The position numbers and the translations under genes are program-made. The notes beneath the pieces are model-generated. The model worked only from the letters and a program-made list of their open reading frames with translations. It searched no databases and was not told where the DNA came from. DNA of 64,000 nucleotides from contig OZ024742.1 of NCBI GenBank assembly GCA_964016885.1, positions 51,832,001-51,896,000 on the forward strand, given 5' to 3'. Below, piece after piece: positions 1 through 14,077 of the stretch (the first letter of the stretch is position 1; each line of letters starts with the position of its first letter). The stretch comes from Eledone cirrhosa. Its lineage: Eukaryota.

Positions 1-812
1 ATTCTTCGAGATCTCCGACGTCGCACATCTCGGGCTATTCGAGCCGATAGGAATGCACACTGGCGCGAATTTGCGGAGCAGATGGAGAGGGCAGCAGCCT
101 GTGGTGACTTGCGAAAGTCTACTAACTGGTGAAGCGGGCCAGCCGAAGCAGTACGGGTATCAGCGAAACGATCCGTGTTGGGAACGGGCGGTCATTACCA
201 ATCTTAATGACAGGCTAGTCCGATTGCGGGACCATTTCTCCGAGCTGCTCAACCACCTGCCACCACCCACGCCAACCGACGTGTAGCATTTCGGAGAAGA
301 ATACGGGTGAAGCACTGCCCCTCTAACGGTCGAGGAGGTACATAGTCTCATGACACATCTCAGGAACAACATGGCGCCGGGCGAAGATGGCGTTCCAGCT
401 GAGGTCTACAAGGCCGAGCCTGATGTCTTCGCAGCTTGGCTCCATCGAGTCTTCTCCTCGGTGTGGGCGTCGGAGCGGTTCCCTGGTGACTGGAGCGAGG
501 CAACTCTCCTATCCTTCTTCAAAAAAGGCGATAGGAAACTGTGTTCCAACTACAGGGGTATCAGTTTAATTGACGTTGTGTTGCCAAAACCTTCGCAATT
601 CTTCTGTTGAAGAGGTTCCAGGCCATCCGTGATGTCCGTACCCGTCCTTCTCAGGGCGGCTTCCGTCTGGGGAGTGGGTGCGTTGGTCAAATCTTCAATC
701 TCCGGCGTGTCCTGGAACAACGGTGGGCATATCAACAGCCTACCGTCCTCTACTTCATCGGCTTTGCAGCTGCCTTCGACTCGATAGGTCGGGAAGCCCT
801 CTGGCGTATAAT
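1..812 (+). mobile_element. RTE-clade LINE reverse transcriptase fragment (frameshifted, 3'-truncated)
   Basis: ORFs 350..610 (APGEDGVPAEVYK...KKGDRKLCSNYRGISL) and 607..870 (QGGFR...QIFNLRRVLEQ...FAAAFDSIGREALW) carry non-LTR RT motifs of RTE type. Confidence 0.85.
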
Positions 813-814
813 GG

Positions 815-1045
815 TAAATATGTTGGTAGATATACTAATTCTTTATAATTATCTCCAAATTATTTGTTGAGCGAAATTTTGCCTGAATTACTACTATGAT
901 TCATAGTAATATTTTGGCTACTGTCTTTTTAACACCCCACTCCTCACTGATTAACCTCGATGTCACGTGATTGATTCTTTTGAATTTGCCACTGACCGGG
1001 AAGGTAGTGAAATTTTCAGTGTCTTGAAATTTAGACCGCGCTTGC
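815..1045 (+). repeat. Diverged fragment of the 24413-25570 HHR-bearing tandem-repeat family
   Basis: tgtcacgtgattgattctt and atctccaaat...tttgttgagcgaaa match the reverse complement of about 24700-24900. Confidence 0.6.
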
Positions 1046-1106
1046 TTTTTTACATTCACTGAATTATTTTTGTTTGAGCTCCCTGTGTCTGCCTATCGCC
1101 AGGGAT

Positions 1107-1277
1107 ATTGTATCTGTATTTTTGACCGTTGGTCAGTCAATGGCAACATTGAGGACCGAATAAATGAGATTACCGATATAAAAGACACAGATGCGAAAAG
1201 CGAAAACCAACCAAGCAGTGAGTTTGTTCTGTTATTAATTATGGCATTATTACACAAATATGACCCTCCCCAAGTAT

Positions 1278-1282
<5 letters not shown>
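1107..1282 (+). mobile_element. Terminal fragment of the PLE3 pLTR family, ending in (TA)n
   Basis: Close match to 13122-13300; ends caagtataacaa followed by a (TA)n run. Confidence 0.85.
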
Positions 1283-1348
<66 letters not shown>

Positions 1349-2162
1349 TATTTTCCGTTGTGTTGTAATATAAATATTACACACAGTAGATTATCAGCTC
1401 ACGTAGAGTTTGCTCGACGGTTCCAGTTGTAGTTCCAAAAGTAATCCGGAGAAAAATAGAAAGATTTGAATGGATACAGTTTAGTTGAAAGGAATTTATT
1501 GACACGTGTTTCTATAACAGTTACATAACCTAAAACAGCTATCTACAAACTTTTAGTTATGCAGGCATTCAATATTTCAATGTTATTATTTACTGTCATT
1601 TCATCAGAATAATATTACTGAGGACCTATTTAGTTTTTATAGAGAATATTAAGAGGGAGGGGTGAAGTTGTTAGAAGAATAGGAGTGGTTTTTCGATAGC
1701 AGTGAGAATTCTTGGTGGCAGTGAGTAATTAGATTCCCATCTGTTGTTTTGGCATTTTTTATAGAATATATTATTGGTTATTTTTCTAAATCTATAGAAG
1801 GATTAGAGATAGTAAAGATATGCGTGGTTGGTTTTGTGTTTGCACTTAATTAACATTCAGACTTAAATTTTTCTTTCAAGTGTACGTATCCTTTCACCCA
1901 CGCATTCACACACAAATATATTTGCACACCTCTACAAAATACATATACTCACAATTCACATATTCATACTTACATATATATACACATGCATACACATATA
2001 TATACACACATGTATTCATATACATACATACGCGCTCATGTGTATACATTTTCATACTCAACTTATCTTTATATACACACGTATAGACACACTCATATAT
2101 ACATACATACTCTAGTCCATGTGTACACACATACACATACTTACACATCCATATACACATAT

Positions 2163-2273
<111 letters not shown>

Positions 2274-2588
2274 TACATACACATACATATACACACATAT
2301 ACATACATATATATATATAAGCACTTTAATACATGAATACACTTACATCTAACTATACACATCAAACATATATATATATTTACTTATTTATATACATTTT
2401 CACATATATATACATACTTATGGACGTTTTTAGACACATTCATTATCGCATATTTGTACCTATTCTCATCAGCATATCTTTTCATTATTAGTATGGTAAT
2501 TTAAGGTTATTAATATATGTTGAGAAGAGATTGTTTTTATATTTTTCTAACTAGATTAAGGTTTATATAGTTGGGGGATGTCCCTCTT

Positions 2589-3100
2589 TTATGTAATATT
2601 CGGCTTGTAGTGGGAAAAAAGGGTTTTAGTTCTCTGACGGCAGAATAATGTTCGTTCAATTCTGTTATTCAGCAGTTTCTTCTTGTGTGTGATTATGTAA
2701 TAAATCTCAAGATTACACAATTTGCAGAAATTTTGGCTCCTGGAAAAGCTTTGGGTTTTAGCTAATTTTTCCCATTTTAGGGTAAACTTTTGGTCGCTAT
2801 CCCTGAGCGTCCAAGCTTTTTCTGCTAAAGTTGTTACATTTCTTTGGCTCTGGTGTTTTATTGAGTAAGAATGCCTATACAATCGAGATTTAAACGATGT
2901 TGCCGTTGATCCCACGTAATACCACTCGTTGCCTCCGGATTTAATGGTACACTTATAAATAATATTTTTTTCCAGGCAGTTATTGCCGAGGGGGCAGTTG
3001 TCAGGATAGGTGCAGTTACAGTTGTATACGTTGGGTTTTCTCTGGAGTAGTATTGCGGACGAACTTAGGTGTGGTTTATTTATGTTCTGTAGTGTATTGT
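2589..3100 (-). pseudogene. PLE Cys linker and GIY-YIG endonuclease, out of frame with the RT at an A-run near 3107
   Basis: CNC-TYPDN-C-PLGNN-C, IIYKC...WYYVGSTATSFKSRLYRH, CKLCNLE. Confidence 0.85.
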
Positions 3101-4504
3101 CTACTGTTTTTTTGTGTTCTTTGTACTTAAGTTCTTAGTGTTTTCGTTTAACCTTCTAGTATTGATCTTTTTTATGTGTTGTTCAAGGTTTATCGCTGTA
3201 GAGTATGACAGTCTTATAGTGGTAGGGTTTAGGATTTTGTGGTATTTGTGTGATGTGGGAAAATGTCTTTTAATTATTTTAAAGAAGAGTACTGGTAAAT
3301 TTGTACTAATGGAACTATTGTATTCGGGGTTATACCATAAGTACTCTTTGCATCGCTTTCTATTAGTTTTGTTTGTTGGTTTACTGGTGTGCATACTATG
3401 GTAGTAAGTGTGGTTTGGTGTTGTGTTATTATATCTACCTATGTGGGATTTATTTTGGGTGTTTTGATTGTTCCCATCTATGTACTCTATTTTGTTGAGG
3501 TAGCCTGCTTTACTAAGGGCGTTATCGTAGTACTCGGCGTGTTCCTTAAATACTTGTATGTTAGAAGATAGACTCGAGATTCTAAGGGAAATATTTTTAG
3601 GGATAGATTTAATTATAGAGATGGGGTGGTTAGACCCAACATTTACGTATTTGAGATTTTCATTCAATTTATGAAACGGTTTAATCAAACGAGAGTTTAA
3701 ATTGAGTGTGACATCCAGGAAGTTAACTACTTTAAGGTTGTATTCATATGTTATAGTTAGTCCTATTTCGAGTAGTAGTTTTCTTATATCTTTGCGTAGT
3801 TTTTCTAGTTTTTGGTTATTAAGGTTTTTAGCTAGGAGGAGAACATCGTCGCGGTATATTCCGCCGTGGAGATTGCTGAATTTTTCCTGGAGTCTAAAGG
3901 CGATAAATAACCCCACAATATCAGTTATTTCCGCCGAATCGTTAGAGCCCATTGTTATGTCAAAGTTAGAGGGTCTATCTTTACGTACCCAATAACTGTT
4001 CTCAAATTTGACTATAGTTTTTCTAGCTTCTAATATAATCTTAATTTCATCGTTTGTAAGGTCAGAGTTATCCTTAGCAAACTTAATGGCTCTATTCAAA
4101 GTTTCAGGTGATATCGATGAGTAATATTCATCGATATCAAACTGGATAAACTTAGATTTATTCTTATTGCTAATGCTATTAAACCATCTTATTGCTTCTT
4201 GGGTCTTCCCCCAGAGTTTAATGTTAACTTTAGCCTTAATTTGGGGGATGATTCTATCTAAGATATATTTGCTTATTTTACCTATATCTGATTTAGAGGG
4301 GCAGATTAATCTAATTTTAGGGTCATTATCAAAGTTTACCTTGTGGTCCTTAAGATTGAAGGTGGGTACCGCCGGTAAGAGTGGTCCTGTCCTATCTTCG
4401 ATTCCGAGATTTTTCACTATTTCGCATGCCTCATCATTGATGTGCTTAAGGGTTACTTCACTCGTTTTTCTAAAAATAAGATATGCTGATGAGAATAGGT
4501 ACAA
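3101..4504 (-). CDS. PLE reverse transcriptase (5'-truncated; N-terminus derived from the inverted arm)
   Basis: KDHK..F...PKIRLICPSKSDIGKISK, QFDIDEYYSSI, FDITMGSNDSAE, GIYRDD, VNFLDVTLNL. Confidence 0.9.
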   Translation of the reverse strand: MYLFSSAYLIFRKTSEVTLKHINDEACEIVKNLGIEDRTGPLLPAVPTFNLKDHKVNFDNDPKIRLICPSKSDIGKISKYILDRIIPQIKAKVNIKLWGKTQEAIRWFNSISNKNKSKFIQFDIDEYYSSISPETLNRAIKFAKDNSDLTNDEIKIILEARKTIVKFENSYWVRKDRPSNFDITMGSNDSAEITDIVGLFIAFRLQEKFSNLHGGIYRDDVLLLAKNLNNQKLEKLRKDIRKLLLEIGLTITYEYNLKVVNFLDVTLNLNSRLIKPFHKLNENLKYVNVGSNHPISIIKSIPKNISLRISSLSSNIQVFKEHAEYYDNALSKAGYLNKIEYIDGNNQNTQNKSHIGRYNNTTPNHTYYHSMHTSKPTNKTNRKRCKEYLWYNPEYNSSISTNLPVLFFKIIKRHFPTSHKYHKILNPTTIRLSYSTAINLEQHIKKINTRRLNENTKNLSTKNTKKQ

Positions 4505-4541
4505 ATATGCGATAATGAATGTGTCTAAAAACGTCCATAAG
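4482..4541 (+). ncRNA. Degenerate hammerhead-like motif in the PLE1 pLTR (mirror copy about 2417-2476 minus)
   Basis: tatg-CTGATGA...taggtaca/tgtgtcta stem...AAAA-cg-TC-cata. G12 appears replaced by A and there are extra bases before stem II. Confidence 0.45.
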
Positions 4542-4690
4542 TATGTATATATATGTGAAAATGTATATAAATAAGTAAATATATATATATGTTTGATGTG
4601 TATAGTTAGATGTAAGTGTATTCATGTATTAAAGTGCTTATATATATATATGTATGTATATGTGTGTATATGTATGTGTATGTATATATG

Positions 4691-4791
<101 letters not shown>

Positions 4792-5348
4792 ATATGTGTA
4801 TATGGATGTGTAAGTATGTGTATGTGTGTACACATGGACTAGAGTATGTATGTATATATGAGTGTGTCTATACGTGTGTATATAAAGATAAGTTGAGTAT
4901 GAAAATGTATACACATGAGCGCGTATGTATGTATATGAATACATGTGTGTATATATATGTGTATGCATGTGTATATATATGTAAGTATGAATATGTGAAT
5001 TGTGAGTATATGTATTTTGTAGAGGTGTGCAAATATATTTGTGTGTGAATGCGTGGGTGAAAGGATACGTACACTTGAAAGAAAAATTTAAGTCTGAATG
5101 TTAATTAAATGCAAACACAAAACCAACCACGCATATCTTTACTATCTCTAATCCTTCTATAGATTTAGAAAAATAACCAATAATATATTCTATAAAAAAT
5201 GTCAAAACAACAGATGGGAATCTAATTACTCACTGCCACCAAGAATTCTCACTGCTATCGAAAAACCACTCCTTCAACTATTCTTCTAACAACTTCACCC
5301 CTCCCTCCTAATATTCTCTATAAAAACTAAATAGGTCCTCAGTAATAT

Positions 5349-5395
5349 TATTCTGATGAAATGACAGTAAATAATAACATTGAAATATTGAATGC
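5349..5395 (+). ncRNA. Second hammerhead-like motif in the PLE1 pLTR (mirror copy about 1565-1611 minus)
   Basis: CTGATGA-aatg...catt-GAAA-tatt; stem I and the cleavage triplet are imperfect. Confidence 0.45.
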
Positions 5396-5498
5396 CTGCA
5401 TAACTAAAAGTTTGTAGATAGCTGTTTTAGGTTATGTAACTGTTATAGAAACACGTGTCAATAAATTCCTTTCAACTAAACTGTATCCATTCAAATCT

Positions 5499-5587
<89 letters not shown>

Positions 5588-5619
5588 TTGTACTTGTACT
5601 TGTGTCGCCATTCACCCTG

Positions 5620-5677
<58 letters not shown>

Positions 5678-5716
5678 ATATATATACTTTTACTTGTACT
5701 TGTGTCGACATATACC

Positions 5717-5845
<129 letters not shown>

Positions 5846-5850
5846 CATAC

Positions 5851-5901
<51 letters not shown>

Positions 5902-5902
5902 C

Positions 5903-5935
<33 letters not shown>

Positions 5936-6514
5936 CAATATATTAACAAATGGAAACTATATTTATAAAACCATGTTTATTTCATTATACATATTTCAAG
6001 GACACCAAAGCAAATTATGGTGCGCTTTCATCAGATAAAATATAATAAAGATCAGTTTTATAAACAAATATTGACATAGCCTTACAGAATGCAACCATAT
6101 CGGTTGGAAGCTCCTGGATAGTGGGGTTACTAATTTTATTATTTGTCTATTATGCAAATTAATATCGGAAAGGTTTAAATCCCATACATTTAAATTAAGC
6201 CGTTGGAATAAAGAAAAGGAAAAAGAACGAAAGAAAAAAAAGAAAAGAAAGAGAAAGAGAAAAAACCCTAAGTGAGAGAGTGTTGTATTGACGTAATTTT
6301 ATGAGATGAAGCGAAAAGATAAATATATATTGGATGAATTACGCGAAGTAAATAAAGCGTAATAACCGGAGAATTTTATCTAGTGTTTAAATTTGATTAA
6401 ATTATTGAGATCTATAAATTAAAAATTAAAAATTGAGATCTATATATTATTAAAAGAATATATAATTAAAAGAATATATATATATATACACACACACATA
6501 TATATATATATATA

Positions 6515-6924
6515 TAAAATAAAGTTAAATAAAAAGTCAAATGTTTAAAATTTAGCTTCGTTTATTGCTGCTATATATATTTCAGTGACAGCCCTCTTTG
6601 GCTGTGACCTCTTCAGGCAGTCCGAATTAGTGTGGTATAGACAGGTACATATGTTTTTTAGGTGTATAATATTGTCAATACTTTGATATGCCCAGTTCCT
6701 GGGTGATTCCAGTTCCTCAGTAAAATAACAACCCAACCAGGAACTGGGCATATCAGAGTATTGACAATATTATACACCTCAACAACATATGTACTTGTCT
6801 ATACCACACTAATTCGGACTGGCTGAAGAGGTCACAGCCAAAGATGGCTGTCACTGAAATATATATAGCAGTAATAAACGAAGCTAAATTTTAAACATTT
6901 GACTTTTTATTTAACTTTATTTTA
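6515..6924. repeat. Foldback element with ~188-bp arms, each carrying an HHR
   Basis: 6515-6702 is the reverse complement of 6737-6924. Confidence 0.9.
6568..6620 (-). ncRNA. Type I hammerhead ribozyme (mirror copy 6818-6872 plus)
   Basis: ctgc-CTGAAGA-ggtcacagcc...ggctgtcact-GAAA-tatata-TA-gcag; palindromic stem III. Confidence 0.85.
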
Positions 6925-7014
6925 CATTACTCCGGAGTAACCAAACCAACCTGCGCACTTCGTCGAGTGCTCCAGCTGCATACTGAGGTGTTGGTATACA
7001 ACCAACATATACTC

Positions 7015-7130
<116 letters not shown>

Positions 7131-7166
7131 TACATACTATCAAAATATATGTTATTATTACATAAC

Positions 7167-7270
7167 CCCGCCGAGGTTAACTTTGCCTTTCATCCTTACG
7201 GGGTCGATAAAATAAAGTACCAGTAATACATTGGGTAATTGCTGGCCTTGTGCCTAACGTAGAAACAATT
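7167..7270 (+). mobile_element. 5'-truncated tRNA-derived SINE
   Basis: Core gcctttcatccttacggggtcgataaaataaagtaccag; 15-bp TSD attattacataaccc at 7154-7168 and 7268-7282. Confidence 0.85.
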
Positions 7271-7879
7271 ATTACATAACCCTACATAAATTTATTATTA
7301 ATCATCAACCAACAATTAACTATTAAATTTTTCAATTAACAATAAACCTAATAAGAAATAGCAAAATATATGTTTAAAATATAGGAATGTTCAGAGATTT
7401 TACCGAAGAAAAATCTCTTCTTAGTAATAGCAATACAGTGTGATGGAAAATGTATTGATTATTTTGTAATTTAGATACTATAAAAGTTAAGATGATAAAA
7501 AAAGTTAAGATTATAAGAGAACCTTATATTTTTTATAATAAGTTATAATTTTATAAATTTTATAAATATTATATATTTTATAAATCCACCTGTTATACAG
7601 TTGTGACTGTTAAAATATAAGTTTGTTTACTATAGCGTCTTAATGTTTAAAGTTTTTCATAAGAATATATCTAAAGCATAAACAGTAAGATACCTTTTAT
7701 ATGAGTTCATTCGTAGAATGTATTCAAATTATACATTTCGATATACATATATACACAGACATACATGCATGCATATATACGCACACATACACACATACAT
7801 ATATATATATACATATATATACACATATACACATATACATATATATATATATATAAATAGAAAATACATAATATAAAAT

Positions 7880-8360
7880 AAAATATGAGTTATAATTTAA
7901 AAATGATTATAATTTTAAAAGGAATTACAATTTTTAAAAAAGATATAATAATATAATTTTAAAATGAATTATATTTTTAAGCAATGTAATTTTTAAGCAA
8001 TATAATTCAAAAGTATGTACTTTTTAAGCAATATAATTTTTAAAATATATAAGAATATATTAAAAAAACACAGTATAAAATATGAATTATGATTTTTTAT
8101 AATTTTTTATATCCATCAGAAGAATTGACAAAAAACATTTTTTTTTTAAACTTTCAGTATGTTTATCTAGAAGAATTTTCAAGGAAAAATGTTAAGGAAA
8201 ACATTTTCTCAAGGAAAACATTTTTTTTAAGGAAAAAAATTTTCTTAAGGAAAAAATGTTTTTAAGGAAAACATTTTTTTTAAGGAAAAAACTTTTAGGA
8301 AAAGATGTTTCTTCATTTAAGAAAAAATGTTTAGGAAAAATGTTTTCTTCATTTAAGAGA
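7880..8360. repeat. Degenerate A/T minisatellites in the PLE2 3' region
   Basis: Reiterated tataattttaaaa and ttaaggaaaa(c)atttttt units. Confidence 0.6.
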
Positions 8361-10974
8361 GTTTTTGGCAGTCGTATGAAGGAATCTAATGATTTATCGA
8401 TAGGTTTAATATATTACATCTTAAATTTATATTTAAACGTTGAATTTAATCTATGTTTGCAGCAACTGAAAAGATTGATCCTTAAATTCACAGAATTTTT
8501 GCACTTTAATATACAGAATATTTCCTCTATACAAAGAGCACAATTTACCGAAGAGGCGTTAAATGGGGGAGCTTTTGAAATAATATTCCAAAGTAAAGAA
8601 TAGTTAATGTTCTTTAATCTTAGGTCCCATAGTAAGCTAGATAGAGAAGTTGAAGTTTTTTTAATTTTTATTCGTAAAAGAGCATTTATGGTTATTAAAG
8701 CGGGATTTAAAATCTGTGGAAGTATAACCTACATAATTAAATGAATTTAAATTAGTTTTTACATTACAATTATATACTATATTTTTAGCTAAACAATTGG
8801 TATTTAACGGACAGTTAGATTTATTTCTACAGTTACATTTATCAAAATTCAAGTTACTAGGAGCCGTATTATTAAATTGGATAGTGCCGGGGTTGTTAAT
8901 GGTATTCTGGTTAGGTTTTAAGTTTCTATTATTAATTCTATTAATATTCTGCGCTAAATTACTGGTGGTTGAATAAGTCAATTTTATAGTATGTCTATTA
9001 AATATTGAGTAATATCTATGTGTTCTAGGGAAGCATTTGTCAAGAGCTTTAAAGAATAGTTTAGCAATAGGAGTTTTAATATTTAATGAGAAAGGAGTAG
9101 CGAACCATAATATATTCCTAGTTCTATTTCCTTTTTTGTTTTTCGATTTATTGTAAGGTTTTGTATTATAGTTGTTAAAATTATGGTTATTTATTATATT
9201 ATTATTATCAATATATTTAATTTTATTACTATATCCAGCTCTACCTAACGCTTCGTTGTAATGTTGTGCTGGATCTGCAGTTAAAATTAACGTACTTTAA
9301 GTTCTCGTTTAATTTGTGAAATGGATAATGAAGAGGTTAGTTAAGATTTAAGGTTACATCTAGAAAGTTAACTATTTTATAATTATTCTCTATTTCTACT
9401 TTAAGATTAAGGTAATTAAAAAATTGTATAATTTCTTTTCTTTTCCTCTTTAATTCAGTTATTATTTCCGATAAGTAATAGCATATCGTCGCGATATAAA
9501 CCTCCGGTCATCTCCGGTATTTTTCTGTGTAGAGTATTATTTATAAAAAGCCCCACAAGATCCGTTACCTGGGCGGAATCCGATGACACCATAGTGACAT
9601 CAAAATTATTATCTCTATCTGCTCTAGTCCAGAGTTGGTTGTTAAATTTAATTAATGTTTTCCGTGCCGTTATGATAATGTGCATTTCATTGCTAGTTAA
9701 GTCTGTATGTTTAAAAGCATATGTCAGTGCTTTATTAAATAGATTAGGAGTGATGGATGAGTAATAATTAGCAATATCCAATTGAATAAACTTATTATTA
9801 TAATTATATTTAATGTCTTTAAACCATTCGATAACTTCGTTAGTTCCTTCCCATCATTTTAAATAAGATAATTCCTTAATTTGTGGTATTATTCTGTCTA
9901 AATGTTCTTGCTAAGTATGCCAAGGTCCGATTTACATGGTGCAATTAATCTAACTGGTAAGTCAATTTCAAAGTTCCTTTTGTGGTCCTTCATATTAATT
10001 TTTGGTTACCTTGGCATGAAGGGTTGTGTCCTATTTCCAATGCCTAATTCCTGCATTATATAAAAAGCGTCTGTATTCAATTTTTCAAGGTCGTTATTAG
10101 TTGTTATCTTGTATTTCTTCCTTAATTCCTTTAATATAAGATTGTTATAAATATCCTTTTGTATTCCATAAAGATTATTGGTTTTGTCCGACTTGACTAG
10201 AGTTTTTTCGTTTTCTCCAAGTTTTCAATATTATTTTTGAGATTTCTTAAGTAATCCTGGCCTATGAAGTTTTTTTTTTTTAATTTAATGTTTTGAATGA
10301 TAGAGATGATTTCATTTCAAAATTCATTAGTAGTTTGTTGGAAGGTGGGTTTTTTTAGATTTGAAGATTCTATCAAGATTGGAAATATTCTCTTTTACAT
10401 CAGATTTATCGAAGTGGAAAGCACGCCACCTGATTCTTCTTATAAATGAGTCTGATTTTTCTATTAATTCTTTTATAAAGTCTTTATTCCCTGGTATAGG
10501 TATGTCCTTTAGAGAAGAAGAGATCTTAAAGAATTACATTATCATTCAGTTATAATATAAAGCGCTCGACATTAAAGGAGCAGAATATATGTAGAATGTA
10601 TATTTAATTTGTTGGGATACAACAAGCAAATATTTTTATAACTGATATAAAGCACTCAACAAATTTTTGGAGTAAAAATACAATATATTAACAAATGGAA
10701 ACTCTATTTATGAAACCATATTTATTTAATTATATATATTTCAAGGACACCAAAGCAAATTATGGTGCGCTTTCATCAGATAAAATAGAATATAGATCAG
10801 TTTTATAAACAAATATTGACATACCCATAATTTAAATGTATGGGATTTAAACCTTTCCGACACTAATTTGCATAATAATAAAATTAGTAACCCCACTATC
10901 GGGAGCTTCTAACCGATGTGGTTGCATTCTTTAAGGGTATGTCAATATTTGTTTATAAAACTGATCTATATTAT

Positions 10975-11033
10975 ATTTTATCTGATGAAAGCGGACCATA
11001 ATCTTCTTTGGTGTCCTTGAAATATGTATAATG
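10975..11033 (+). ncRNA. Hammerhead motif in the PLE2 pLTR (further copies about 5983-6040 and 10728-10795, minus)
   Basis: CTGATGA-aagcg(c/g)acca...tggtgtcctt-GAAA-tat(g/a)-TA; stem I is short. Confidence 0.65.
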
Positions 11034-11190
11034 AAATAAATATGGTTTTATAAATATAGTTTCCATTTGTTATTATATTGTATTTTTACTCCCAAAATTT
11101 GTTGAGTGCTTTATATCAGTTATAAACATATTTGCTTGTTGTATCCCTAACAAATTAAATATAACTTCTACATATATATATATATATATA

Positions 11191-13295
11191 TTGTTATACT
11201 TGGGGAGGGTCATATTTGTGTAATATTGCCAGAATTAATAACAGAACACACTCACTGTTTGGTTGGTTTTCGCTTTTCGCTTCTGTGTCTTTTATATCAG
11301 TAATCTAATTTATTCGGTCCTCAATGTTGGCATTGACTAACCAACGGTCAAAAATAATACAGATACAATATAGACACAAACACATATATATAGTTTATTA
11401 AAGTTCTTTCGTTGCACATCTGCAACATCGTCAGTGGTGCTATTGTTTCCTCCCGTTACATTCTATGTCTACGCCATTTTTATTTAGTCTGTCTATATAT
11501 TTATTTATTTATTTGTTTGGTTGTTTATTTTATTTTGTCTTCTTTGCGCATGCGTTTGCGTGTGTGTATAGTGTTTTGTTTGATGTGTGTTCGTGATTGG
11601 GTGACTGTGTATCGGTTAATGTATTCTATCTTCTCTAGTGTGTATTTATATGTGTTTGTTGTTATTGTGCTTGTGTATGTATTTATTTATTTATGTATCT
11701 ATCTATTTATTTACTTATTTATACTTCTCTTAGGTCAGTGTTGTTTGTTTGGGTGCTGTTGTTATTTCATTCATTCTTTCTGTTTAGTCTTGGCCTTCTA
11801 AGTTCTATTTCACTGGCCTCTCTGATTTTCCTATCTGCTGGGTCATGTCTATGTTTAGATATTATTCTAATTTCTATGTTGTCTATGTTACCGTTGTGTT
11901 GTTGTCTGGCATGTTTGTATAGTACTGACCCGTTTTTTCGTCCTTTTAGTTCCCCCCAGTGTTGGTCTATCCTTTCACCTATGCTACGAGCTGTCTCGCC
12001 TATGTATGTTGTTGTCATGTTTCTGCAAGTACCCTCTGTACATCTTATGCAATAGACTACGTTTCTAGTTTTACAGTTTATCCGGGGGTTTACCTTACAT
12101 ATGATACATTTCCTATTAGTACAGTGGGTTTTCTTAAAAGGGTAGGTTTTGCTGATCAGGGATTTTATGGTGGTTCCTGCCTTTTCTACCACCTTAATCT
12201 TTAAGTGGGTCTTTCTCGGGGCCTTTCTACACTGGTTAGCTAATTTCCCTCCAGGGGTAGCGTCCACAAACATGACACTCTGGTATCTCTGGTTGTCGTA
12301 CCATGAGGTGGCTTTCCCTATCTTATGTCTAGCCCTATCTAAGCTATTCCATGATTTGCTCCTGTATAATGGGCAAATTCCTTTCATGTCCAGTTCTATG
12401 AGGGTCTTATACTTCTCCATGGCCCCTTCGTATACTCTGACTCTGTCTCTTTGGTTGTAGCCAGAGAACTGTATGATAACAACATACATAGGCGAGACAG
12501 CTCGTAGTATAGGTGAAAGGATAGACCAAAACTGGGGGGAACTAAAATGACGAAAAAACGGTTCAGTATTATACGAACATGCCAGACAACAACACAACGG
12601 TAACATAGACAACATAGAAGTTAGAATAATATCTAAACATAGAAATGACCCAGCAGATAGGCAAATCAGAGAGGCCAGTGAAATAGAACTTAGAAAGCCA
12701 AGACTAAACAGAAAGAATGAATGGAATAACAACAGCACCCAAACACACAACACTGACCTAAGAGAAGTATAAATAAATAAATAAATAAATAGATAAATAA
12801 ATAAATAAATACATACACAAGCACAATAACAACAAACACATATAAACACACACTAGAGAAGATAGAATACATTAACCGATACACAGTCACCCAATCACGA
12901 ACACACATCAAACAAAACACTATACATACACGCAAACGCATGCGCAAAGAAGACAAAATAAAATAAACAAACACACAAATAAATAAATAAATATATAGAC
13001 AGACTAAATAAAAATGGCGTAGACATAGAATGTAACGGGAGGAAACAATAGCACCACTGACGATGTTGCAGATGTGCAACGAAAGAACTTTGATAAACTA
13101 TATATATGTGTTTGTGTCTATATTGTATCTGTATTATTTTTGACCGTTGGTCAGTCAATGCCAACATTGAGGACCGAATAAATTAGATTACTGATATAAA
13201 AGACACAGAAGCGAAAAGCGAAAACCAACCAAACAGTGAGTGTGTTCTGTTATTAATTCTGGCAATATTACACAAATATGACCCTCCCCAAGTAT

Positions 13296-13300
<5 letters not shown>
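11191..13300 (-). mobile_element. PLE3: 5'-truncated Penelope-like element with 828-bp inverted arms
   Basis: Arms 11191-12018 and 12473-13300. The minus-strand ORF part 11767-12470 encodes the C-terminal region with a Cys linker and GIY-YIG (VVYCIRC...YIGETARSIGERIDQH...RKIREA). (TA)n on both flanks. Confidence 0.9.
13053..13094 (+). ncRNA. Hammerhead motif in the PLE3 pLTR (mirror copy 11397-11438 minus)
   Basis: CTGACGA-t-gttgca-gatg-tgcaac-GAAA-gaac-TT-tg; stem I is weak. Confidence 0.7.
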
Positions 13301-13377
<77 letters not shown>

Positions 13378-13392
13378 AATATATATATATAT

Positions 13393-13728
<336 letters not shown>

Positions 13729-13730
13729 AG

Positions 13731-13830
<100 letters not shown>

Positions 13831-13883
13831 CTTATGTAAGTGTAAAGAAAATACTCAAGCTCAGAAATGCTTTAAAGATACCT

Positions 13884-14077
13884 TATAAAGTAGGGTAAAA
13901 ACCATTAAAAGGCCGAAAAATAATTTTCCAACAACCGCTCTGAAGAATTGAACCACATATCTTCCAGATATCATCTAAGCAGTATCTAGAAAATATGGGG
14001 TTCAATTCCTCATAGCGTCATAGCGGCCGTTGGCAAATTATTTTTCGTTCTTTTCATGGTTTTTACCCTACTTTATA
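13884..14077. repeat. Imperfect foldback containing CTGAAGA followed by a stem
   Basis: Termini tataaagtagggtaaaaaccat / atggtttttaccctactttata; inner attgaacc / ggttcaat. Confidence 0.8.

Noticed and set aside
11412-13167. Paired similar ORFs on opposite strands (also 17554/17898 and 55262/55888)
   Set aside because: Artefacts of the inverted repeats.
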